From Verrucomicrobiota bacterium (GTDB lineage: Bacteria; Verrucomicrobiota; Verrucomicrobiia; Opitutales; Coraliomargaritaceae): DNA of 16,189 nt. The stretch spans positions 1 to 16,189 of the forward strand of contig JBCBZJ010000043.1 in NCBI GenBank assembly GCA_039815375.1, given 5' to 3'. The position numbers and the translations under genes are program-made. Shown piece after piece: positions 7,726 through 16,189 of this stretch (positions within the stretch are counted from its first letter, which is position 1; every line of letters begins with the position of its first letter). Under the pieces are notes generated by a model, which searched no databases, had not been told where the DNA came from, and saw nothing but the letters and a program-made list of their open reading frames with translations.

Positions 7726-8625
7726 ATGAGCGAAGTAATCGAATTACCCAGTTATAAGGAACAGAGTGACGAAGTTCGTGCTCGTTTTACCGAAATCTAC
7801 AAACGTCCGATTAAGCTCGAAGTGAAGGGGGTGAGCAAGAGCTTCACCACGGCGAAGGGCACGGTCGATGTGCTCAGTCCGATCAACTTTAATGTCCATC
7901 GCCGTGAGTTCATCTCGGTTATCGGACCATCGGGCTGTGGAAAGTCCACTCTGATTCGTATGCTTGCGGGTCTCGAAACCACTTCCGGCGGCACTTTCCT
8001 GCTCGATGGCGAAGAAGCCAGTGGTCCGGGCGCGGATCGCGGAATGGTTTTTCAGGGTTACACACTGTTCCCGTGGCTAACGGTTAAAAAGAATGTCATG
8101 TTTGGTCTTGAGGTGAATGGGCGCTCCGGGTCGGCGGTCGAGCAGGAGGCCTTGCAGTGGATTGATCTGGTTGGTCTCTCACATGCGGTCGAGAAATACC
8201 CGAGTCAGCTTTCGGGCGGGATGAAACAGCGCGTGGCTATTGCTCGCTCGCTCGCCAATCAACCGCAGATTCTCTTCATGGATGAGCCTTTCGGTGCGCT
8301 CGATCCGCATACGCGTTGTCAAATGCAGGCACATTTACTGCAGATCTGGAAGAATGTTGATGTAACGATTATGTTTGTAACACATGATCTTGATGAAGCG
8401 ATTTATCTGTCCGACCGAATCCTGGTTCTGAAGGCAAATCCTGGAGAGATTCATGAATTCCTCGAAGTGCCTGTTCCGCGTCCGCGTTCAGATGATCAGT
8501 TGCTCAGTCCAGAGTTTCTTGCAACGAAGCAGCGACTTGAGGAGTTGATTCACCCCAAGAACCATGCGGAAGAGCACCAACTACCCATGGTTCGAATGAC
8601 GAGCACAAGTGACGAAGTTGAGTAG
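7726..8625 (+). CDS. ABC transporter ATP-binding protein (SsuB/TauB-like)
   Basis: Walker [11 protein letters not shown]-loop VFQ, signature LSGGMKQR, Walker [12 protein letters not shown]-loop VTHD. Confidence 0.96.
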   Translation: MSEVIELPSYKEQSDEVRARFTEIYKRPIKLEVKGVSKSFTTAKGTVDVLSPINFNVHRREFISVIGPSGCGKSTLIRMLAGLETTSGGTFLLDGEEASGPGADRGMVFQGYTLFPWLTVKKNVMFGLEVNGRSGSAVEQEALQWIDLVGLSHAVEKYPSQLSGGMKQRVAIARSLANQPQILFMDEPFGALDPHTRCQMQAHLLQIWKNVDVTIMFVTHDLDEAIYLSDRILVLKANPGEIHEFLEVPVPRPRSDDQLLSPEFLATKQRLEELIHPKNHAEEHQLPMVRMTSTSDEVE

Positions 8626-8627
8626 AT

Positions 8628-9404
8628 ATGCCTGATATCGCACACAGCCAATGGTCGGTCATGACATGGCCGGAAATTCTTGAGGCGATTCGGGGTGGTT
8701 GTGATGCCGTGATGCTGCCGCTTGGAGCTACGGAACAACATGGGCCGCATCTCGGCACGGGCATGGACAGCGTTCTTGCCGAGAAACTCTGTAAAGAGGT
8801 CGGCAAGAAAACGCGCGTGCCTGTCCTGCCGACACTGAGCTATGGATGCTCGATAGGGCATTCACACCGCTGGCCCGGGACGCTTGCATTGAGTCCGAGC
8901 ACCATGATTGCAGTCCTTTGCGATATCGGCGACTGGCTTTATAAGGCAGGTATTCGTCGCTTGTTCTTCGTGAACTGTCATATCGGTAACATCGCTCCGA
9001 TTCGCTGCGCGCTCGATACCTTACGTTGCCGCTATGACGACCTGATGATTGCGTCCTTCAACGATGGAGACATGACACCGGTGATCAAAGCAGCCTTCGA
9101 GACGGATGGTGCCGACTGGCATGCGAATGCTGCAGAAACCAGTCTGATGATGGCGACTGCTCCAGATCTGGTTCGGCCTGATAAAATCGAGGATGCGGAC
9201 GATCCGGACCGCACCGGGGACTGTGTCTTCGCGCACCCAGTCAACCGCACCAGTACCAACGGTGTGACGGGACGCCCAAGCGAAGCATCAGAGTTTGCAG
9301 GTGAGCGCCTCTTTGAGCATCTTGTCTCGGCGCTATGTATTCGAGTTGAGGCTGGTCTTGAAGAAGAGCCACCGTTGAGAAATTCCTATTTTGAACGTAT
9401 CTGA
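8628..9404 (+). CDS. Creatininase-family amidohydrolase (substrate unknown)
   Basis: [33 protein letters not shown] and HANAAETS motifs. The binuclear metal ligands of the creatininase fold (E, H, D, H, E) appear intact. Confidence 0.92.
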   Translation: MPDIAHSQWSVMTWPEILEAIRGGCDAVMLPLGATEQHGPHLGTGMDSVLAEKLCKEVGKKTRVPVLPTLSYGCSIGHSHRWPGTLALSPSTMIAVLCDIGDWLYKAGIRRLFFVNCHIGNIAPIRCALDTLRCRYDDLMIASFNDGDMTPVIKAAFETDGADWHANAAETSLMMATAPDLVRPDKIEDADDPDRTGDCVFAHPVNRTSTNGVTGRPSEASEFAGERLFEHLVSALCIRVEAGLEEEPPLRNSYFERI

Positions 9405-9416
9405 AATTTGAATACA

Positions 9417-10835
9417 ATGAGGGAATTCTACGAAAAATACAAAACTGCTGCCGGTAATCTCTATACTGAAGAGAGATGGACGGATGAACAGGTCGCCGCA
9501 ATTCAGGCTGATCTTGAGAGTGCAGGGGTGAAGTATTGTGTAGGTAACTATGTGGACATTCATGGAGTGCCTAAAGGTAAGGTGGTGCCGCTGAGCCACT
9601 TCCCTGAATTTGCGCGAGGTTCCGAGCTTTATACGGGCTATGCGCTCGACGGTCTTGGACAGCGTCCGAATGATGACGAAATTGCTTCGAACCCAGACCT
9701 TGGCCTAATTATCCCGCTGCCTTGGAATCCCAGCGTAGCATGGATTCCTGCCGACAATACACTTCATGGGGAGCCCTACGAAGTGAATACCCGGGTGGTC
9801 CTGCAGAAGGTTTTAGAACAGGCGTATACGATGGGTTTCGGCATGAACCTGGGCATCGAGTGTGAGGTTTTCGTCGTTCGCTACACCGAAGACGGCCGAC
9901 TTGAAATACCCAATAGTGACGATAATTTGGAGAAAAGTTGCTATGACTTTAAGCGTTTCATGGATCGTTTCGACTGGCTTGATAAGATGGCGACGGCGAT
10001 CGATGAGCTTGGTTGGGAGCTTTACTCCTTCGATCACGAAGATGCCAATTCACAGTTCGAATTCGATTTCAAATACGCAGACGCCCTTACCATGTGCGAT
10101 CGCTTTACCTTCTTCCGTTACATGGCCAAGCACTATGCTTCGGAGGAAGGCCTGATTGCGACCTTCATGCCAAAGCCTTTTGCTGACAAAACCGGTAGCG
10201 GCGCGCACTTTAACATGTCGCTCTACGACAAGGAGACCGGCGAAAATCTCTTTAAGTGCAACAAGTCAGAGGACTCGCGTGGCTTAGGCTTGAGTGAGCT
10301 GGGCTATCAGTTCAGTGCAGGTATTCTCAAGCACGGTCCTGCACTTTGTGCGGCCTTTGCACCCACCGTGAACAGCTATAAGCGGCTCGTGCGCCGGGGC
10401 CTGATGAGCTACTATTCCTGGGCACCTGTTTTTAACTCCTACGGCAGTAATAACCGCACGAATTCCCTCCGTGTGCCAATGGCAGGTTGCCGAGTCGAGT
10501 CGCGCAATGCTGACGCTTCCTGCAACCCTTACCTTGCTGCTGCTCTCGCACTTGCAGCAGGTCTCGAAGGCATCAAAGAGGAACTTAATCCTGGCGACCC
10601 GCAGGAAGATAATCTCTACGAACTCAGTCCGGCCGAGCTCGCCGAGCGCGGTATTTCCGAACTCCCGCGTTCCCTTGATGAAGCGGTCGAGGCATTTGCC
10701 GCCGATCCATTTATCGAGCAAGTGCTCGGCGAGGAGTTACGAAAGGAATTTATCACTTATAAATCCGAAGAATGGCGGCAATTCCATCAGCGCATCAGCC
10801 AGTGGGAGGTCGATCAATACGCACGTCTTTTCTAA
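9417..10835 (+). CDS. glnT: Type III glutamate-ammonia ligase-like protein (GlnT/GmaS-like gamma-glutamyl-amine ligase)
   Basis: [61 protein letters not shown] and RVESR..D...NPYL. ATG 9417 or TTG 9408 are both possible starts. Confidence 0.85.
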   Translation: MREFYEKYKTAAGNLYTEERWTDEQVAAIQADLESAGVKYCVGNYVDIHGVPKGKVVPLSHFPEFARGSELYTGYALDGLGQRPNDDEIASNPDLGLIIPLPWNPSVAWIPADNTLHGEPYEVNTRVVLQKVLEQAYTMGFGMNLGIECEVFVVRYTEDGRLEIPNSDDNLEKSCYDFKRFMDRFDWLDKMATAIDELGWELYSFDHEDANSQFEFDFKYADALTMCDRFTFFRYMAKHYASEEGLIATFMPKPFADKTGSGAHFNMSLYDKETGENLFKCNKSEDSRGLGLSELGYQFSAGILKHGPALCAAFAPTVNSYKRLVRRGLMSYYSWAPVFNSYGSNNRTNSLRVPMAGCRVESRNADASCNPYLAAALALAAGLEGIKEELNPGDPQEDNLYELSPAELAERGISELPRSLDEAVEAFAADPFIEQVLGEELRKEFITYKSEEWRQFHQRISQWEVDQYARLF

Positions 10836-10858
10836 ATTTCTGCAACAGTATCCATACA

Positions 10859-11611
10859 ATGAATGAAACTATACCCAACCCGCCGCTCGGTTCGAGTGAG
10901 CCCATCTATGAAACGTCGCTACGTGGTGCATCCATGTGGTCGAAGGTCATTGGACGGGGCAAAACTCTCCGAATGACTGACCTCGAAGGTAAAGGAAATG
11001 TGGGCATGCTGCTTTACAATGCCCATGAGCGCTCTGAGCGATATAACATGCCTGATACCCTTAAAGGGCAGCACATTTTCTACCTCCGGTCGCCATACTG
11101 TCTCCACTCCGATATGGGTCGACTCTTCTGCTCGATTACGGGTGACACCCTCGGCTGGCATGATGCGGTTTGCGGTTGCTCTGATGCTGCGCTTGTTGAA
11201 AAAAAGTATGGCATCAGGACCTTTCAGGAGGCCCGCAACGACTATCATCGCGATGGGCAGAATTCGTTCTTGATTGAACTTGCGAAGTGGGGGCTTGGGA
11301 AGCGTGACCTCATGCCCAATATCAACTGGTTCAGCAAAGTTGTCACAGATGAAGAGGGTAAGCTCAGCTACGTTGCCGAAGAGTCGAAACCCGGCGATAC
11401 TGTCGATTTACGTTTTGAAATGGATGCGCTTGTGGTGCTCAACACCTGCCAGCATCCGCTCGATCCGAGTCCTGAATATGACCCGGGCCGAGTGAAACTT
11501 GAAGTATTCAAGAGTGAACCTGCCGGTGAAGACGATCCGTGCCGCAATTCGCGGCCAGAAAACCAACGTGCATTCAACAATACTGAAGATTACAACGCGC
11601 TCCGATTCTGA
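10859..11611 (+). CDS. cgdA: DUF1989 urea-carboxylase-associated protein (UAAP1), carboxyguanidine deiminase subunit A
   Basis: [34 protein letters not shown] and TCQHPLDP motifs. First of a DUF1989 pair ahead of uca. ATG 10859 follows the glnT stop. Confidence 0.9.
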   Translation: MNETIPNPPLGSSEPIYETSLRGASMWSKVIGRGKTLRMTDLEGKGNVGMLLYNAHERSERYNMPDTLKGQHIFYLRSPYCLHSDMGRLFCSITGDTLGWHDAVCGCSDAALVEKKYGIRTFQEARNDYHRDGQNSFLIELAKWGLGKRDLMPNINWFSKVVTDEEGKLSYVAEESKPGDTVDLRFEMDALVVLNTCQHPLDPSPEYDPGRVKLEVFKSEPAGEDDPCRNSRPENQRAFNNTEDYNALRF

Positions 11612-11628
11612 CTTTAACTTCTTATACT

Positions 11629-12264
11629 ATGTTTACCGAAAGCACATTGAAACCAGAAGACGCGGTTTACCGCAAAACAGTTCTCGCAGGCGATTACTGG
11701 ATCCACGAAATCAAGAAGGGGCAGACCTTTCGTATCGTGGACGTTGAAGGCAACCAGGCAGCCGATACAATCTTCTATGACGCACAGGATCCGGAAAATC
11801 GATATAGCGCTTCAGATACAGTCCGTCGTCAGGGTGCGCTTTACCTGACGACTGGCTCCGATCTAGTTTCCACGGCTGGCGACGTGCTGATGAGAATCAC
11901 TGCTGATACCTGTGGTCGCCACGACACGCTCGGTGGTGCTTGCTCGCGAGAGAGCAACACCATGCGTTACTCTCCACGAACTGAATATATGCACGCTTGC
12001 CGTGATAGCTTTATCAGAGGCTTGCAGGACTGGGGGCCGAATCTAACTACGCGCGACCTGCCATGTAACATTAACTTCTTCATGAATGTTCCTGTCACCC
12101 CGGAAGGAAAGCTCACTTTCGAGGATGGTATCTCTTCTGCAGGGCTTTATATTGAGATGGTTGCCGAGCGCGACGTAATGTGCCTCATTTCAAACTGCCC
12201 CCAACTGAACAACCCCTGTAACGCTTACAATCCCACTCCTATCGAGACGATTATCTGGGATTAA
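11629..12264 (+). CDS. cgdB: DUF1989 urea-carboxylase-associated protein (UAAP2), carboxyguanidine deiminase subunit B
   Basis: [33 protein letters not shown] and [17 protein letters not shown] motifs. Confidence 0.92.
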   Translation: MFTESTLKPEDAVYRKTVLAGDYWIHEIKKGQTFRIVDVEGNQAADTIFYDAQDPENRYSASDTVRRQGALYLTTGSDLVSTAGDVLMRITADTCGRHDTLGGACSRESNTMRYSPRTEYMHACRDSFIRGLQDWGPNLTTRDLPCNINFFMNVPVTPEGKLTFEDGISSAGLYIEMVAERDVMCLISNCPQLNNPCNAYNPTPIETIIWD

Positions 12265-12276
12265 AGGGTAAATCTG

Positions 12277-12349
12277 TCCGCGGATTAAGCCGATTCACGC
12301 CGATGTAATGTTTTTTGATTAATCTGCGTCGATCTGTGCAATCTATGGA
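12277..12349. repeat. Imperfect intergenic palindrome with 9-10 bp GAT/ATC periodicity (REP-like)
   Basis: Left arm TCCGCGGATTAAGCCGATTCACGCCGAT (12277-12304) versus the reverse complement of the right arm (12322-12349), TCCATAGATTGCACAGATCGACGCAGAT: 18/28 identical plus 4 G-U-compatible positions, around a T-rich loop. Confidence 0.6.
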
Positions 12350-12366
12350 TTAAAGATCCATTCTGT

Positions 12367-15300
12367 ATGTTTAAAAAAGTATTGATAGCGAATCGCGGTG
12401 AGATTGCCTGCCGCGTTATCCGCACACTTGATCAGCTGAGCGTCGCTTCTGTTGCAGTATATTCTGATGCAGACCGGGACGCGCCACATGTGTCGATGGC
12501 GACGGAAAGCTACCGTATCGGGCCGGCTGCGGTTAGCGAGAGCTACCTCCAAGCCGAGACGATTCTTGAAATTGCCAGATGCTCCGGCGCGGATGCGATT
12601 CATCCTGGCTACGGATTGCTCAGCGAGAACGCCGACTTCGCTAAAGCCTGCGAAGAAGCAGGCGTCACCTTCATTGGCCCGACTCCTGAAAGTATGCTTG
12701 CCTTTGGCCTGAAGCACCGTGCGCGAGCGCTTGCTTCCGAGAATGCAGTGCCGCTTGTTCCAGGAACGGATTTGCTCGTCGACGTCAAGGCTGCGCAAGA
12801 GGCGGCTGACGAAATCGCTTACCCGGTCATGCTCAAAAGCACGGCTGGCGGTGGTGGCATCGGAATGCAAATCTGTTATTCGGAAGCAGAGCTACTTGAT
12901 GCTTACGACCGTGTTGAGCGCTTGAGCCAAAGCCACTTTGGTCAGGGTGGTATCTTTCTGGAAAAGTTCGTTGTCCATGCGCGCCATCTGGAGGTCCAGG
13001 TCTTTGGCGATGGGCAGGGCCAGGTTCTTTCGCTTGGCGTTCGTGATTGCTCCACTCAGCGGCGAAACCAGAAAGTCATTGAAGAAACGCCACCTGCAAA
13101 TGTATCCGAAAATGTGATACAAGGTCTACAGGAAGCTGCGCTGCGACTTTGCGAGTCAGTTAAATACCGTTCTGTGGGCACGGTTGAGTTCATTTACGAT
13201 AATGACACGCAGGAATACTATTTTCTGGAGGTGAATACCCGCCTTCAGGTGGAGCATGGCGTGACTGAGTTGGTCACGAATGTTGACCTCGTCAGTTGGA
13301 TGGTGCAGCTCGCTGCCGGAGATATGACGATTTCGGCTGATCCAAAAATTGTCCCGCAGCATGGGCATGCGATTCAGTCGCGACTCTATGCCGAGAACCC
13401 GCGTAAAGATTTCCAGCCCTCGAGCGGTTTGCTGACTCAGGTGAGTTTCCCCGAAGGTGTGCGTTGCGACCATTGGGTGAACTCCGGCACTGAAGTCAGC
13501 CCTTACTACGACCCGCTACTTGGAAAGCTGCAGGTCTATGCCGAGACGCGTGAAGGTGCCGTTGCAGCGATGTATGGAGCTCTGACAAAAACGCGTCTGG
13601 AAGGCATTGAAACGAATCTCGACTACCTGCGCACGGTCGTTCTTTCGGAGGTATTTCGCTCCGGTAATATGATGACGAAGAGCCTGTCGGAACACGATTA
13701 CCAGCCGAAGACTTTTGAAGTGCTGCGCTCCGGCACGATAACCACGGTGCAGGACTATCCCGGTCGAGTCGGTTATTGGGAAGTCGGCGTGCCTCCGTCC
13801 GGCCCGATGGACTCTCTGGCCTTTCGTTTGGGTAATCGACTGCTTGCGAACCCGCAGGATGCAGCGGGTCTTGAAATCACCGCGACCGGACCGAAGCTTG
13901 AATTCCACACCACTGTTACTGCGATCCTCACCGGTGCCGAAATGGACACGACGCTCGACGGAGAGCCAGTTGATTTCTACCGTCCTTTTGAAATTGAGGC
14001 AGGTGCCACGCTCGACATCGGCAAGTTAACGGGGCTAGGTGTGCGTAGTTACCTGCTGATACGAGGAGGGATCGATGTCCCGCTCTATTTGGGTAGCCGT
14101 TCAACTTTTACCCTCGGTCAGTTCGGCGGGCACGGAGGACGTGGTCTGCGCCTTGGGGACATTCTCCATGTTGGTGGTTCCGAGCCAGCCCAACCGTCGG
14201 CTCCAGACTATGCGGCATCCTCAGAAGGCACTCTATTTGCTAGCGATCTTTTCGACCTTCCAAAGGACCAGCAGCCCGAGTTAACTCACACGTGGGACAT
14301 TGCGGTTCTCTATGGGCCGCATGGTGCGCCGGACTTTTTCAAGCCGTCCGATATCGAGATGTTCTTCGAGACGGAGTGGGAGGTGCATTACAATTCGGCC
14401 CCGACGGGTGTCCGCCTTATCGGTCCAAAGCCGGAATGGGCGCGTCCCGATGGTGGAGAGGCTGGCCTGCATCCGTCCAATATTCACGATAATGCCTATG
14501 CGATTGGGGCCATTGATTTTACTGGAGACATGCCGGTGATTCTTGGTCCCGATGGGCCGAGTCTGGGCGGTTTTGTTTGTCCTGCCACGATTATTCAGAG
14601 TGAGCTCTGGAAAATGGGGCAACTCAAGCCGGGGGATAAGGTGCGGTTCCGCTGCGTTTCCCGTGAACAGGCGGAGAGCCTTCGGGGCCGTCAGGAGGAG
14701 AGTATCGCCACTCTCAAAGCAGACTTCGAGGTGCCGAGTGATGTGCGCCTTCCGGAGCCGGACGAAATGATTCTCGTCGATGAAGGGGAGGGTGACGCGC
14801 GACTTGTCATCCGTCAGGCCGGGGATGCTTATGTGCTCGCTGAGATCGGTCCAATGGCGCTCGACTTTAAACTGCGCTTCCACGTGCACGTTCTGTATCA
14901 GGCTTTGAAGGAGCAAAGTTTTGAGCCGGTCGAAGACTTGACGCCCGGCATTCGCTCGCTGCAGGTGCATTTTGACTCGAGGAAGGTTAGTGCGGAGTCG
15001 GTGGCTGTATGGATTCAGCTAGTGAATCAGCAGTTGCCGCCGCTGGAAGATATCACGGTGCCTTCACGCATCGTGCACTTGCCGCTTTCCTGGGACGACC
15101 CCTCGACACAGCTTGCAACCGAGAAATACATGCAGTCGGTTCGTCCTGATGCGCCATGGTGTCCGGACAATATCGAATTTATCCGACGAATTAATGGTCT
15201 CGAAAGACGCGCAGACGTTTACGATATCGTCTTCAATGCGAGCTACGTTGTGCTGGGTCTTGGGGATGTTTATCTTGGTGCCCCTGTTGCGACTCCGCTG

Positions 15301-16017
15301 GACCCGCGTCACCGCCTCGTCACGACGAAGTATAATCCGGCCCGAACATGGACGCCGGAAAATGCTGTTGGTATTGGTGGTGCCTACATGTGTATTTATG
15401 GCATGGAGGGCCCGGGAGGTTATCAGTTTGTGGGGCGCACGATCCAGATGTGGAATCGCTACAATGAAACCGAATCTTTTGAATCCGGTAAGCCTTGGCT
15501 ACTGCGTTTCTTCGACCAGATTCGCTACTATCCGGTAAAGGCAGAGGAGCTTGAAGCACTTCGCCACGACTTCCCACAGGGTCGCTACAATCCGAAGATC
15601 GAGGAAACCTCATTCAGTCTAGAAGAGTATGAGCAGTTTCTCTTTGAGAACATTGATTCGATTCAAGCTTTTAAGCAGCGGCAGCAGTCTTCCTTCGATG
15701 CCGAGCGTCAGCGTTGGGAAGAAGCCGGGCTAGCAACCTACGTCGAGGAAGAGGGCGGTGCGGTGACCGAAGGCGCTGAAGTGCTTCCTGATGATGTTGA
15801 GCCTGTCGAAAGCCCCGTTGCGGGAAGCGTCTGGAAGATTGTGCAGGGTGAGGAGGGTAGCTCGGTCGAAGCGGGTAATACGCTGGCCGTATTGGAATCA
15901 ATGAAGATGGAAATCAAGGTGGAGGCACCTATATCCGGCATGTTGCATCGTTGCCTTTGTAAGGAGGGCCAGGCGATTTCGCCCGGGCAGATTCTGTTTG
16001 GAATTAAAGAAAGTTAA
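12367..16017 (+). CDS. uca: Urea carboxylase family enzyme, guanidine carboxylase type
   Basis: Biotin carboxylase ([33 protein letters not shown]), carboxyltransferase domains ([52 protein letters not shown]) and biotin carrier ESMKME (Lys codon 15904-15906). 1216 aa. Confidence 0.96.
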   Translation: MFKKVLIANRGEIACRVIRTLDQLSVASVAVYSDADRDAPHVSMATESYRIGPAAVSESYLQAETILEIARCSGADAIHPGYGLLSENADFAKACEEAGVTFIGPTPESMLAFGLKHRARALASENAVPLVPGTDLLVDVKAAQEAADEIAYPVMLKSTAGGGGIGMQICYSEAELLDAYDRVERLSQSHFGQGGIFLEKFVVHARHLEVQVFGDGQGQVLSLGVRDCSTQRRNQKVIEETPPANVSENVIQGLQEAALRLCESVKYRSVGTVEFIYDNDTQEYYFLEVNTRLQVEHGVTELVTNVDLVSWMVQLAAGDMTISADPKIVPQHGHAIQSRLYAENPRKDFQPSSGLLTQVSFPEGVRCDHWVNSGTEVSPYYDPLLGKLQVYAETREGAVAAMYGALTKTRLEGIETNLDYLRTVVLSEVFRSGNMMTKSLSEHDYQPKTFEVLRSGTITTVQDYPGRVGYWEVGVPPSGPMDSLAFRLGNRLLANPQDAAGLEITATGPKLEFHTTVTAILTGAEMDTTLDGEPVDFYRPFEIEAGATLDIGKLTGLGVRSYLLIRGGIDVPLYLGSRSTFTLGQFGGHGGRGLRLGDILHVGGSEPAQPSAPDYAASSEGTLFASDLFDLPKDQQPELTHTWDIAVLYGPHGAPDFFKPSDIEMFFETEWEVHYNSAPTGVRLIGPKPEWARPDGGEAGLHPSNIHDNAYAIGAIDFTGDMPVILGPDGPSLGGFVCPATIIQSELWKMGQLKPGDKVRFRCVSREQAESLRGRQEESIATLKADFEVPSDVRLPEPDEMILVDEGEGDARLVIRQAGDAYVLAEIGPMALDFKLRFHVHVLYQALKEQSFEPVEDLTPGIRSLQVHFDSRKVSAESVAVWIQLVNQQLPPLEDITVPSRIVHLPLSWDDPSTQLATEKYMQSVRPDAPWCPDNIEFIRRINGLERRADVYDIVFNASYVVLGLGDVYLGAPVATPLDPRHRLVTTKYNPARTWTPENAVGIGGAYMCIYGMEGPGGYQFVGRTIQMWNRYNETESFESGKPWLLRFFDQIRYYPVKAEELEALRHDFPQGRYNPKIEETSFSLEEYEQFLFENIDSIQAFKQRQQSSFDAERQRWEEAGLATYVEEEGGAVTEGAEVLPDDVEPVESPVAGSVWKIVQGEEGSSVEAGNTLAVLESMKMEIKVEAPISGMLHRCLCKEGQAISPGQILFGIKES

Positions 16018-16024
16018 TCTGCAA

Positions 16025-16189
16025 ATGACACAGATGAGCGTAAATTTATCGATTGAGAGTTTAAAGAAAGCCTACGGCGAGGGGACATGCGCTCCGCGTC
16101 AGTTGATTGCTGAACTGCTTGAGCGTATCGACTCAGTCGATAATCCTGATGTTTGGATTTATCGCCTGAGTGTGGAAGAGCTGGAGCCA
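16025..16189 (+). CDS. atzF: Allophanate hydrolase, N-terminal 55 codons (runs off the window)
   Basis: Open frame MTQMSVNLSIESLKKAYGEGTCAPRQLIAELLERIDSVDNPDVWIYRLSVEELEP starting 7 nt after the uca stop. It resembles AtzF/amidase N-termini and sits in the expected position. Catalytic motifs lie outside the window. Confidence 0.78.
   Translation, partial: MTQMSVNLSIESLKKAYGEGTCAPRQLIAELLERIDSVDNPDVWIYRLSVEELEP

Noticed and set aside
10772..10858. N-terminal extension of cgdA given by the ORF track
   Set aside because: It overlaps the 3' end of glnT. ATG 10859 gives a normal DUF1989 length and follows an A/C-rich leader like the other genes.
14170..14285. Pro/Ser/Ala-rich stretch in uca as an intein or inserted domain
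   Set aside because: It is short, has no intein terminal motifs and lies in a variable linker of the carboxyltransferase region.
14281..14970. 229-aa antisense ORF, and the other overlapping ORFs within uca, glnT, the ABC genes and the secreted-protein gene
   Set aside because: They are fully nested in well-supported genes and have no motifs, typical shadow ORFs of codon-biased sequence.

Overview
Most of the window is a bacterial nitrogen-scavenging locus. SD-less A/C-rich leaders and the C-terminal tail of the large secreted protein suggest Verrucomicrobiota (Opitutales-like), which is an inference. From left to right: (i) an Illumina TruSeq adapter remnant (8-27) followed by about 380 nt that look like a foreign S8-peptidase-type fragment, so the contig end is probably chimeric; (ii) a large secreted multidomain protein on the minus strand with two SGNH-like modules, a Big_9/cadherin-like domain, three lectin-like repeats and a tail probably cut by the chimera; (iii) a decayed ISL3 element with a frameshift and an internal deletion; (iv) a divergent NikR-family regulator that has lost three of the four canonical Ni ligands; (v) a sigma54-type promoter with a perfect NikR-geometry palindrome (GTAATA-N16-TATTAC) upstream of an operon encoding ABC binding protein, permease, ATPase, creatininase-family hydrolase, GlnT/GmaS-like glutamate-amine ligase, two DUF1989 proteins (CgdA/CgdB), urea/guanidine carboxylase with the guanidine-type Asp, and the start of allophanate hydrolase. 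The most interesting reading is a guanidine-carboxylase pathway with no recognisable guanidine riboswitch, probably controlled by a repurposed non-nickel NikR plus sigma54, and extended by two enzymes that point to a substituted guanidine or related substrate.
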